Shown here in pieces: positions 8,218-15,847 of a stretch of DNA of 32,000 bases. Positions within the stretch are counted from its first letter, which is position 1. The number at the start of each line of letters is the position of its first letter. Origin of the DNA: Halalkalibacterium halodurans (GTDB lineage Bacteria; Bacillota; Bacilli; Bacillales; Bacillaceae_D). The translations under genes and the position numbers were made by a program. Location: positions 13,372-45,371 of the forward strand of contig NZ_SNUY01000013.1 in the NCBI RefSeq assembly GCF_004376175.1, read 5' to 3'. The notes under the pieces were generated by a model. The model made no database searches, was not told where the DNA came from, and saw nothing but the letters and a program-made list of their open reading frames with translations.

Positions 8218-9741
8218 CTATGCACTTTCATTTAAACGCTCAATGATTTGTTTCGCGTGTTTGGGTCGTTTCGTAAAAAGACTAATCACAACTGTAATTG
8301 TTGTTGCCACGATAAATCCAGGAACGGCTTCGTACGTAATCCCGAAAAAATAAGTGTTTAAAAGCTCTTTTACATCTGGTAAAAAAGCATACGTCCATTG
8401 CGGCTGCTGCTTCACTAGGATAACCGTTAAAAGCCCTGCAATCATCCCCCATAAAACCCCTTGTCTCGTGACACCTTTCCAGTAAAACGACAGAAGAAGA
8501 GCCGGACCAAAGCAGGCACCTAATCCACCGAAAGCAAACAAGACCATCCAGAAGACAAATTCTTGAGCAGTAAATGCGAGAATAAGAGATAGCCCCATGA
8601 ATACAACCGTTGTTAACCGGCTGAGACGAACGAGTTTTTTCTGGGAAAGTTTTCGATTTCGGCGAAACATTTTTTGATAAATATCACGGACAAAGGCACT
8701 AGAGCCTACAAGTAACTGACTATCCGCACTTGACATAATGGCCGCTAATACAGCAACGAGTAAAAACCCAAAGAATAGCGGGTGCAAAATTTCCGATCCT
8801 AACGTGAGAAACACTTGCTCCTGATCTCCATTTGGAAGCAGACTAACGTCAGGAAAGTAGGCACGTCCTGCAAGTCCAATCATGACAGCTCCCCACCCCA
8901 TGAGCACATTCCAAACCGAACTAATCAAAGCCGCTTGTCTCATTTCCTTCACATTTTTAAGTGACATATATCGAACAAGAATATGAGGGTTCCCTGGGCT
9001 ACCAAACCCAATCCCGAGTAGACCAATCACCGCACCAAAGCCAAAGGCAAACGGACTAGTGAATCCACCACCTTCCGTATGCATCACTTGCAAAAGCGGA
9101 TCAAACCCACCTAAACCGATGATAGCAACTACAGGAAGTATGACGAGAGAGACAAACATAAAGCCCGCTTGAACGACGTCTGTTTTACTCACCGCATGAA
9201 AGCCACCAAGCATCGTATAGGCGAGTAAAATAACGGCTGTCACCCACATTCCGGTAGATGATGATACGCCCATGCTTGTCGCGAACGCTCCGCCACCTGC
9301 CACGAGCTGGCTTGCCACATAGGCAATCATAAAAAACATAATAATGAACGCACTGACCCCTCGAAGAATATGAGTTTTATCATTGAATCGGGTTTCTAAA
9401 ATATCAGGTATCGTAATACTCCCTGTCTGTTCACTATAGGCTCTAAACCTTCTAGCTACATAAAAAAACAAAAATACTTCCACAGCAATGTAACCAGCCA
9501 CTGCCCAAACGGCATCAAGCCCCGTAGCATAAGCTGTTCCCGTCACCCCAAGAACGAGCCAAGCGCTACGACCGGAACTGACAGCAGATAATGCGACCGT
9601 CCATTTATTCAAGTTACGTCCAGCGAGAAAAAAGTCAGTCATTCCTACGGAGCTTTTCTTTGAACTCAGAAGCCCAATCAGTAAAAGAGCGACTAAATAT
9701 GCGATTAAAATCGCAACAGCGAGCGGTTCTACCATGTTCAC
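8218..9741 (-). CDS. Sodium:solute symporter family (SSF) transporter, PutP/PanF-like
   Basis: 507-aa ORF with about 13 TM segments. SSF-type motifs are present (FFLAGRNL, GSPGNPHILVRYMS, SSADSQLL). The GTG start overlaps the stop of the upstream small ORF. Confidence 0.85.
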   Translation of the reverse strand: MNMVEPLAVAILIAYLVALLLIGLLSSKKSSVGMTDFFLAGRNLNKWTVALSAVSSGRSAWLVLGVTGTAYATGLDAVWAVAGYIAVEVFLFFYVARRFRAYSEQTGSITIPDILETRFNDKTHILRGVSAFIIMFFMIAYVASQLVAGGGAFATSMGVSSSTGMWVTAVILLAYTMLGGFHAVSKTDVVQAGFMFVSLVILPVVAIIGLGGFDPLLQVMHTEGGGFTSPFAFGFGAVIGLLGIGFGSPGNPHILVRYMSLKNVKEMRQAALISSVWNVLMGWGAVMIGLAGRAYFPDVSLLPNGDQEQVFLTLGSEILHPLFFGFLLVAVLAAIMSSADSQLLVGSSAFVRDIYQKMFRRNRKLSQKKLVRLSRLTTVVFMGLSLILAFTAQEFVFWMVLFAFGGLGACFGPALLLSFYWKGVTRQGVLWGMIAGLLTVILVKQQPQWTYAFLPDVKELLNTYFFGITYEAVPGFIVATTITVVISLFTKRPKHAKQIIERLNESA

Positions 9742-9911
9742 TAAGAAACATCCCCTTTTCTGTTGCCATCGTTAGAAAGCGAACGGGCTCGGATCTCCTG
9801 TTTCAATGAAGCGATCTCCTCCTTAATTCCTGTGTGCACATAACAAAGAAGTGCGACAGCTAGTATTGACAGTGGCAAACCAATAAGGGCGAAAAAGATA
9901 TCAACGTTCAT
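9741..9911 (-). CDS. Symporter small accessory membrane protein, 56 aa
   Basis: Not in the ORF track. ATG at 9911 follows AAAGGAGG with a 7-nt spacer. The product is MNVDIFFALIGLPLSILAVALLCYVHTGIKEEIASLKQEIRARSLSNDGNRKGDVS, one TM helix plus a charged tail. Its TAG stop shares a G with the symporter GTG start (TAGTG), which implies translational coupling. Confidence 0.65.
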   Translation of the reverse strand: MNVDIFFALIGLPLSILAVALLCYVHTGIKEEIASLKQEIRARSLSNDGNRKGDVS

Positions 9912-10013
9912 CAGCAACCTCCTTTTGCTTTTACTATTTTCGTCTATTCATTACTTTTCAACATCAAAGGAAACATTCCTTGTGACCATTTCTCCGGAGC
10001 AGCGATCGAAACA

Positions 10014-10044
10014 TAAAAAAAGCGCAAAGCAGCTGCCCTGCGCT
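10014..10044 (-). terminator. Rho-independent terminator downstream of ubiB
   Basis: The minus strand reads agcgcagggcagctgctttgcgct followed by ttttttt. Confidence 0.65.
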
Positions 10045-10117
10045 AGACATCTAAATATATACTTTCTTTTTATTTAAAAGCGTATCTCCATTCAAATGCT
10101 GAAAAAACGCCTACCGG

Positions 10118-11794
10118 TTAAAATCTTCCTGAACGCAAGATGGAATATAAGAGCCAAATAAACATAAGGAGCGCCACAACGAACCCAATCTCAACTGCTG
10201 GAATGTTCCAAAGGAGAGATGACTGTCCTCCTAGAGCTGAGCCGATGATTAATCCGACCATAATGATACTGAACGACAGGAGGACGATACTAAAGGACAA
10301 ACGATTACTAATTCGATCTAATTTATTTAGAAATCGTTCGATTTTTGGTAGTGACAGTTCTAGAGGTAGCTTCCCTTTTCTTGTGATCGCTGTTAATTCT
10401 TTTAACGTTCGAGGCAACTCTGTAAGAACGTCCCCATATTCATTCCACTGATTATATACGTGTTCGGCAACAGATTTTGGGCTCAAACGCTCCTTAAGCA
10501 ATTGACGGCCAAAAGGCTCAGCCACCTTTACGATACTAAGCTCCGGATCTAATTTTTCCACCATTTGTTCCATTGTAAGAAGCGTTTTACCTAACAATGT
10601 TAAATCGGCTGGAATTTGAATGCGGTGGTGATTGGCGATGGCAAACAAGTCATTAACTGCTTCCCCAAGGCTCACCTGACTTAAAGGGACATCAGCAAAT
10701 TTTTCCCTTAACTCATCGATATCCCATTGCAGCAGCTGCATGTCCACATCATCGGGTACAATCCCCATTTTCGTAATGGCGTTCAAGACCCCTTCCGAAC
10801 GTCGGCGCATGATCGCAATCACTAGTGAAGCGAAATGTTGTTTCATCTGTGGGGAAAGGCGCCCGACCATACCGAAATCCATAAACGCTATGGCTTCACC
10901 TGGTAACACCGAAATATTTCCTGGGTGGGGATCCCCATGAAAGAAGCCCTCCAGTAAGATTTGTTTTAGTATCGCATGGGTTATCCTCTGGGCCAACATT
11001 TTTTCATCATAGCCTCTTTGTTTGAGTTCTTCTCGTTCATTTAACTTCGTCCCTTCCACATACTCCATCGTCAATACCTTTTTCGTGGAATAGTCCCAAT
11101 ATACTCGCGGTATCTGGACGGTGGGATCGTCTTCAAATAGCTTGGCGAGCCGATCAGCATTTCGTCCCTCCACCGTATAGTCCAATTCAGCTAACAGAGC
11201 CTTTGAAAATTCCTCAATGATTTCAACTAATTGATAGTTTGCTGCCCACTCCAAGCGGTGTTCAGCTATTTCTGCTAAATGCTGCAAAATTTCTAAGTCC
11301 GTTTTGATGATCTCCTCGATGTTCGGTCGCTGAACTTTGACCGCTACCGGTTCACCTGATTGTAAGACCGCAAAGTGAACTTGCCCGATAGAGGCTGCAC
11401 CAACGGGTATTTCATGAAACTCGCGAAACAATTCGTCTACAGCCATTCCTAGCTCATGCTCCACAATGGCTCTTACTTCTTCATACGAAAATGGGGAGAC
11501 GCGATCTTGTAGCTTTTCCAGCTCCTCCAATAGTTCAGAAGGGATCAAATCAGGACGTGTGCTTGCCATCTGTCCCATCTTCACAAAGGTTGGGCCTAAC
11601 TCCTCTAAAAATAGTCGCAAGCGCTCCCCTATTGTTTTCGTCTGTACGTTTTGCTCTTTCACCAACAGTCGTTTCGGTAAGGAAATGATTTTATGCAAAC
11701 CTAGTTCCTTTACAATGAAACCAAACCCATTATGAGAAAAGGCTGTGACGATTTCACGATAGCGCTTGAGGTGACGAATTCTACGTTCAAAAAT
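10118..11794 (-). CDS. ubiB: ABC1/UbiB-family atypical protein kinase with two C-terminal TM helices; predicted ATT start
   Basis: The track ORF (TTG at 11698) starts inside conserved sequence. The in-frame upstream 32 codons encode IFERRIRHLKRYREIVTAFSHNGFGFIVKELGL, which is typical of UbiB-family N-termini. That stretch contains no ATG, GTG or TTG back to an in-frame TGA at 11809-11807. The ATT at 11794 lies 5 nt after GGAGGGG (11806-11800). Kinase-like motifs are present (AAASIGQVH, VAVKVQRP, FHGDPHPGN). Confidence 0.8.
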   Translation of the reverse strand: MFERRIRHLKRYREIVTAFSHNGFGFIVKELGLHKIISLPKRLLVKEQNVQTKTIGERLRLFLEELGPTFVKMGQMASTRPDLIPSELLEELEKLQDRVSPFSYEEVRAIVEHELGMAVDELFREFHEIPVGAASIGQVHFAVLQSGEPVAVKVQRPNIEEIIKTDLEILQHLAEIAEHRLEWAANYQLVEIIEEFSKALLAELDYTVEGRNADRLAKLFEDDPTVQIPRVYWDYSTKKVLTMEYVEGTKLNEREELKQRGYDEKMLAQRITHAILKQILLEGFFHGDPHPGNISVLPGEAIAFMDFGMVGRLSPQMKQHFASLVIAIMRRRSEGVLNAITKMGIVPDDVDMQLLQWDIDELREKFADVPLSQVSLGEAVNDLFAIANHHRIQIPADLTLLGKTLLTMEQMVEKLDPELSIVKVAEPFGRQLLKERLSPKSVAEHVYNQWNEYGDVLTELPRTLKELTAITRKGKLPLELSLPKIERFLNKLDRISNRLSFSIVLLSFSIIMVGLIIGSALGGQSSLLWNIPAVEIGFVVALLMFIWLLYSILRSGRF

Positions 11795-11951
11795 GGGAAC
11801 CCCTCCTCATTTGAAAAACGTGGCGATTGGTGCGGTGATGACTGAGACCTCTCACAAGGCAAGTCGCGCCCAATGTGTGGACGGCGCCCGGCGCTAGACA
11901 CCCTTTTGCTAATTGGAAGTGCCATTTTCTTAAATGGCTAAATTAAATGGA

Positions 11952-12254
11952 TTACTCTGATTGTTTTCGTTCTTTTTCCAACTGTGCCAGTCGTTTTTCC
12001 AACGCTTGAACCTCTTCTTTCGTCGCTACATTTAGCCCACTAAGCATCTCTTTTAGCTTGCTTTGAATTTTGTCATCAAGCTCTTTCTTCGACTCTTCTC
12101 CCCTTCGCAACAGCTCACGTAAAAAGTCTTTAGACTCCTGTTGGCTAAGCTCCCCTTTTTTCACGAGCTCATCGATGATTTTTTCTGCTTGTTCTTTGCT
12201 AGCAGCTGCTAAACCTAATCCTAATGCCATCCCTTTTCTTACTGCCTCTCGCAT
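11952..12254 (-). CDS. Phasin-like coiled-coil protein (COG3937-type PHA granule/regulator family), 100 aa
   Basis: The ATG at 12254 follows AAAGGAGGG with a 6-nt spacer; the track start at 12290 has no SD. The product is a Lys/Glu-rich heptad-like sequence (GLGLAAASKEQAEKIIDELVKKGE...). It lies directly upstream of ubiB on the same strand. Confidence 0.7.
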   Translation of the reverse strand: MREAVRKGMALGLGLAAASKEQAEKIIDELVKKGELSQQESKDFLRELLRRGEESKKELDDKIQSKLKEMLSGLNVATKEEVQALEKRLAQLEKERKQSE

Positions 12255-12436
12255 AAAGATCCCTCCTTTATTCATAATAGCTCTTCTCATTACTCATACC
12301 AATTTCTCGCCCGAATGAAACCTCTAAATGGATTCCCCTCCTACTACGAGTATTCCCTTATCGAGTAGAATATCCAATGATCAGATTTGATTACCACCCA
12401 ACCTTCATGCGTAATGTCTTAGGAGGAAATACGAAC

Positions 12437-12480
12437 CCCCCCTCATCTCACAGATTTTATGGAGATGAGGGGGGTCTTTT
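12437..12480 (-). terminator. 13-bp GC-rich hairpin immediately after the CBS gene stop
   Basis: cccccctcatctc-(12 nt)-gagatgagggggg. The T-run is better on the + strand (tctttt) than on the - strand. Confidence 0.6.
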
Positions 12481-12915
12481 CTAGGATAATCTTTCTTTTT
12501 TATGGAGATTTGTTTTTTCTAACAGCTCTTTGCAATAATTGATAATATCCCTTCTACGAATGATGCCAATAAAAATCCCTTGATCATCAACAACCGGAAC
12601 AAAGTTTTGTGCGATCGCAAGCGATAGTAGGTCATCAATCTCGGCATCGATGTGTACAGGTAAATTGACCATCTTTTGCTCAATTTCCTTAAGGGATACA
12701 CTTTCCGTGTTCTCAAACGTAAGGTTCGGCGTATGTTTCATTTTCCACAGTAAGTCACCTTCCGTGATCGTGCCTACATACTTTCCGTCCTTATCTAAAA
12801 TCGGGATTGCCGTGTAATTATGATATTCCATCCGTTCGATCACTTGCCGCATCGTAGCATCTTCATTCATATAGACAACTTCGGCTTTTGGCAACAGGAA
12901 AAACGCAATTTTCAT
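12481..12915 (-). CDS. CBS-pair domain protein (stand-alone)
   Basis: 144-aa ORF with two CBS repeats (...AIPILDKDGKYVGTITEGDLL... and ...FVPVVDDQGIFIGIIRRRDI...). SD AAGGAGGG lies 6 nt upstream. Confidence 0.85.
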   Translation of the reverse strand: MKIAFFLLPKAEVVYMNEDATMRQVIERMEYHNYTAIPILDKDGKYVGTITEGDLLWKMKHTPNLTFENTESVSLKEIEQKMVNLPVHIDAEIDDLLSLAIAQNFVPVVDDQGIFIGIIRRRDIINYCKELLEKTNLHKKERLS

Positions 12916-13074
12916 GTCCCGCCCTCCTTATCTCCTCTTTTCATGAACTTGGCGCTGACGTCTTTTCGTTCTTCGTGTAAATGACTAAGTTGACGTATCC
13001 CTTTAAAGCGTATCGTGGATCTTATGCTAATCTGTACCTATAGCTCACGACTCACCCCTTTGTACGCCCTTTCT

Positions 13075-13083
13075 ATTATATCA
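13075..13083 (-). promoter_or_regulatory. Extended -10 element TGaTATAAT, candidate sigma-A promoter for the CBS gene
   Basis: The minus strand reads aaaTGaTATAATag about 160 nt upstream of the CBS ATG. No good -35 is present. Confidence 0.4.
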
Positions 13084-13091
13084 TTTTACGA

Positions 13092-14012
13092 TCATTGGTT
13101 TAGAAAAACGCTTTTTTTCTCCCTTTCTTGATGCAATCCTTCTATAAACGCTTCAGCAGCTAACGATAACGGCTGCCCCTTTAACAATCCCAATCGTTCT
13201 CTGCTCAATTGGTTCCTTCATTTCTAGTGGTATCAGTTCTCCTTTTTTCAGCTCACGTAACACGAAGTCTTTCGTCACAAACGCAACGCCCATGCCCAAT
13301 TTCACACACTCAATCAACAGTTCTACACTCCCTACTTCTATGTCAGGCTGTACATGAAGACCTTGCCGTTCAAATAGACGCTGGAGAAATTGTGTAGAGC
13401 TACTCGATTCTGAAAAAGTAATGAGTGGATAATCAAGCACCTCCTCTAGCAGCAGCGGACGCCCAGCCAACTCGCGGTTCTGCTCTCCTACGACAAATAG
13501 GCTCGAAATCGTTAAAAACGGTTGAATCTCGACATGACGCGCTTGTACTGGTAAATGAACAAAGCCAAAATCGATGGAGCTGTTGTCCAGCTTCTCGGTG
13601 ATTTGCGGTGTGGAACCGTGCTGAAGGCGAATGTGAATGTTCGGATAGCGGGCCTGAAACCGCTGAATGGATGGCAAGACAAAATACTTGAACGTTGAGT
13701 CACTGCCGCCGATTGTGACACGGCCCCCTTCAAGCTGTTTTAATTCTTGTAACAGTTGCTCCGCTTTATCAATACAGCCAAGCGCTTGCTGAATGTATGG
13801 AAAGATCGTTTCTCCCTCCCTTGTCAGTTCAACTCCTTTCGCATGTCGCGCAAATAATTGCACTTCCATTGTTTCTTCTAATTGCTTGATCGCGTGACTC
13901 ACACTTGGCTGTGTAAATGTAAAGTTTAGCTGCCGCTTTTGAAAAGCTTTTTTCCGTTGCTGTCACATAAAACACACGGTATAAATCCAAAGGACTCAGG
14001 TTAAATGATCCT
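13092..14012 (-). pseudogene. LysR-family transcriptional regulator, disrupted by at least two +1 frameshifts and lacking an evident start codon
   Basis: The HTH part LSPLDLYRVFYVTATEKSFSKAAAKLY lies in one frame (about 14010-13920). TQPSVSHAIKQLEE...TIGIVKG lies in the track frame (13902-13153). The typical LysR C-terminus QPLSLAAEAFIEGLHQEREKK...* lies in a third frame ending at the TGA at 13094-13092. The shifts sit at short runs near 13915-13923 (T-run) and 13176-13179 (GGGG on the coding strand). Confidence 0.8.
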
Positions 14013-14093
14013 GGCTGTGTGGCAAAAACATGCCCAAATTATTTTCAGCTGCTAGAGCAACTCGGAGTCCAAGTACAATATCAATAAGTGTTT

Positions 14094-14131
14094 CTTCACC
14101 ATACGTCTTTAGGAAGGAGCGTATGGTGAAG
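14094..14131. repeat. Perfect 12-bp inverted repeat CTTCACCATACG-N14-CGTATGGTGAAG
   Basis: Read directly from the sequence. It lies in the intergenic region between the LysR remnant and the symporter gene, and the loop contains AGGAAGGAG. Confidence 0.9.
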
Positions 14132-14190
14132 CCATCCATTCCCCCTACATTTACTAGCAACTAAAAATATTCCGAATTATTTTTTAGTCT

Positions 14191-14216
14191 CCTTGTAGCC
14201 TTTTGTATCTTTCTGT
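14191..14216 (+). promoter_or_regulatory. Candidate GlnL-type response-regulator site: three hexamers phased at 10 bp (CCTTGTagccTTTTGTatctTTCTGT)
   Basis: The architecture matches 18523..18548. A -10-like TATATT (14228-14233) follows after 11 nt. As I recall, the B. subtilis GlnL site is TTTTGT-N4-TTTTGT. Confidence 0.5.
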
Positions 14217-14264
14217 AGCTTTATTCTTATATTCTATATGTATCCTTTTTGGGTACATATATAT

Positions 14265-14278
14265 TGAAAGCGCTTTCT
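14265..14278. promoter_or_regulatory. cre box (CcpA/HPr-Ser-P site) TGAAAGCGCTTTCT
   Basis: It matches WTGNAANCGNWNNCW fully and TGWAANCGNTNWCA at 13 of 14 positions. It lies in the leader of the symporter gene. Confidence 0.6.
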
Positions 14279-14350
14279 AAAAGGGGGACCGTTCTGCTGA
14301 GATTGATCCTTAGACGACAAATCATCAGAAACTTTGAGAGGTGAATATTT

Positions 14351-15763
14351 TTGCTCGAAAAAATTATTGAACACGGTAATAATTTCCTATGGTCTTATCT
14401 TTTAATTGCATTGCTCGTTGGTTTAGGTGTTTTCTTTACGATTCGAACGAAATTTGCTCAAATCACAAACATAAAAGAAATGTTCCACTTAATGAAGGAG
14501 AGCCCTTCAACAAGTGACGGAAAAAAGCGCGTGTCCTCGTTTGGAGCCTTTTGTATTAGCGCGGCCTCACGGATTGGAACAGGTAACTTAGCAGGGGTTG
14601 CGATTGCGATTACCCTCGGTGGACCTGGAGCGATTTTCTGGATGTGGGTTGTTGCCATTTTCGGATCGGTTTTAAGCTTTATCGAGAGTACATTAGCTCA
14701 AGTGTATAAAGTGAAAGATAAAAATGGCTTTAAAGGTGGACCTGCCTACTATATGGAAAAAGCCCTCGGTCAAAGATGGTTAGGAATCACATTTGCCATC
14801 CTTATCACGTTTTGTTTTGGCCTTACGTTTAACTCTGTTCAAGCGAATACAATTTCAGCAGCCTTTGAAGAAGCATTTGGTTTCAATTCGGCTGTTATCG
14901 GAGTCGTGCTAGCCGTTGTTGTCGGTTTTGTTATCTTTGGCGGTGTTAAACGTATTGCGAAAGTCTCGCAAGTAGTCGTCCCTGTCATGGCGGGTTTTTA
15001 TTTACTTCTTGCAGCCTATGTCGTGATTTTTAACATTGGCGAAGTCCCAGCAGTTTTTCAGTTAATCGTCTCAAGCGCGTTTGGACTTGAACAAGCGATC
15101 GGAGGCGGAATTGGTGCCGCCATTATGAATGGTGTCAAACGTGGATTGTTTTCCAACGAGGCTGGGATGGGTAGTGCACCTGTCGCAGCCGCTACAGCGG
15201 ATGTGAGCCACCCAGCGAAACAAGGATTTATTCAAACGCTCGGAGTATTTGTCGATACGCTCCTCATTTGTAGTGCAACCGCATTTATTATTTTGTTAGC
15301 TGGAACCCCTGATGAAGGATTAAGCGGAATTCAAATTACTCAAGCGGCGCTAAGCAGTCATGTTGGTTCGTGGGCGACTTATTTTGTTGCATTCGCGATT
15401 CTCTTATTCTGCTTCAGCTCGATTATCGGTAACTACTATTACGGTGAATCAAACCTTGAATACATTAAAGAAAATAAGTCCGTCATCTTCCTTTTCCGCT
15501 TGGCTGTCTTAGGAATGATCATCTACGGATCCGTTGAAAGCCTAGCGACGGTCTGGGATTTAGCCGACTTGTTTATGGCATTAATGGCACTTGTGAACTT
15601 AGTAGCCCTTGCCCTCATCGGGAAAGTCTCCCTTGCCGTTCTGCAAGATTATCTGAAACAGAAAAAAGAAGGGAAAGATCCAGTCTTCTACTCTAGTAAC
15701 ATCGAAGGCTTAAAGCATACAGAATGCTGGGAAAAAGAAGAGGTTAAACGTAAAAACGCATAA
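14351..15763 (+). CDS. Alanine/glycine(glutamine):cation symporter, AGCS family (GlnT/AlsT-like)
   Basis: 470-aa ORF with a TTG start behind GAGAGGTG. AGCS hallmarks are present (SSFGAFCISAASRIGTGNLAGVA, FSNEAGMGSAP). Confidence 0.9.
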   Translation: MLEKIIEHGNNFLWSYLLIALLVGLGVFFTIRTKFAQITNIKEMFHLMKESPSTSDGKKRVSSFGAFCISAASRIGTGNLAGVAIAITLGGPGAIFWMWVVAIFGSVLSFIESTLAQVYKVKDKNGFKGGPAYYMEKALGQRWLGITFAILITFCFGLTFNSVQANTISAAFEEAFGFNSAVIGVVLAVVVGFVIFGGVKRIAKVSQVVVPVMAGFYLLLAAYVVIFNIGEVPAVFQLIVSSAFGLEQAIGGGIGAAIMNGVKRGLFSNEAGMGSAPVAAATADVSHPAKQGFIQTLGVFVDTLLICSATAFIILLAGTPDEGLSGIQITQAALSSHVGSWATYFVAFAILLFCFSSIIGNYYYGESNLEYIKENKSVIFLFRLAVLGMIIYGSVESLATVWDLADLFMALMALVNLVALALIGKVSLAVLQDYLKQKKEGKDPVFYSSNIEGLKHTECWEKEEVKRKNA

Positions 15764-15803
15764 TGTCAAAAAGAGGCTGGAATAAAACTAGCCAAACGTA
15801 ATC

Positions 15804-15847
15804 AAAAGGTTCGGCTCATCAAAATATAATGATCCGAACCTTTTTTC
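15804..15847 (+). terminator. Rho-independent terminator of the symporter gene
   Basis: aaaaggttcgg-(19 nt)-ccgaacctttt is followed by a T-run. Confidence 0.75.

Noticed and set aside
1510-10940. Many 60-130-aa track ORFs lying inside or antisense to larger genes (for example 1510..1740, 2223..2408, 2409..2792, 2859..3101, 3725..3916, 4157..4465, 5292..5570, 7087..7281, 7647..7856, 7817..8125, 9591..9809, 10140..10451, 10740..10940)
   Set aside because: They are shadow frames of well-supported genes. They have no SD sites, and their compositions are biased (Ser/Arg/Pro-rich) in the way typical of out-of-frame translation.
11710-11925. 71-aa ORF covering the phasin-ubiB spacer
   Set aside because: The translation is Arg/Ser/Pro-rich and there is no SD. 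It overlaps the true UbiB N-terminal coding region in another frame. The region is better treated as non-coding GC-rich spacer plus the ubiB 5' end.
12255-12290. N-terminal extension of the phasin-like ORF (MRRAIMNKGGIF)
   Set aside because: The SD AAAGGAGGG lies inside this extension and serves the ATG at 12254.
12916-13074. Possible yybP-ykoY (Mn) riboswitch in the CBS gene leader
   Set aside because: Only a loose resemblance to the 5' GGGGAGUAG segment is present. The conserved 3' half and the four-way architecture could not be found.
13092-14012. Programmed frameshifting or simple sequencing error as the explanation for the split LysR gene
   Set aside because: I see no slippery heptamer or stimulatory structure at either site, so programmed frameshifting is unlikely. 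Sequencing error cannot be excluded. It is disfavoured because two shifts plus a missing start are concentrated in one gene while about 28 kb of neighbouring coding sequence is frame-intact.
14123-14164. 13-codon ORF (MVKPSIPPTFTSN) starting in the right arm of the 12-bp inverted repeat
   Set aside because: The SD-to-ATG spacing is only 3 nt, and the mirror-image ATG on the other strand shows that the ATG is a by-product of the palindrome.
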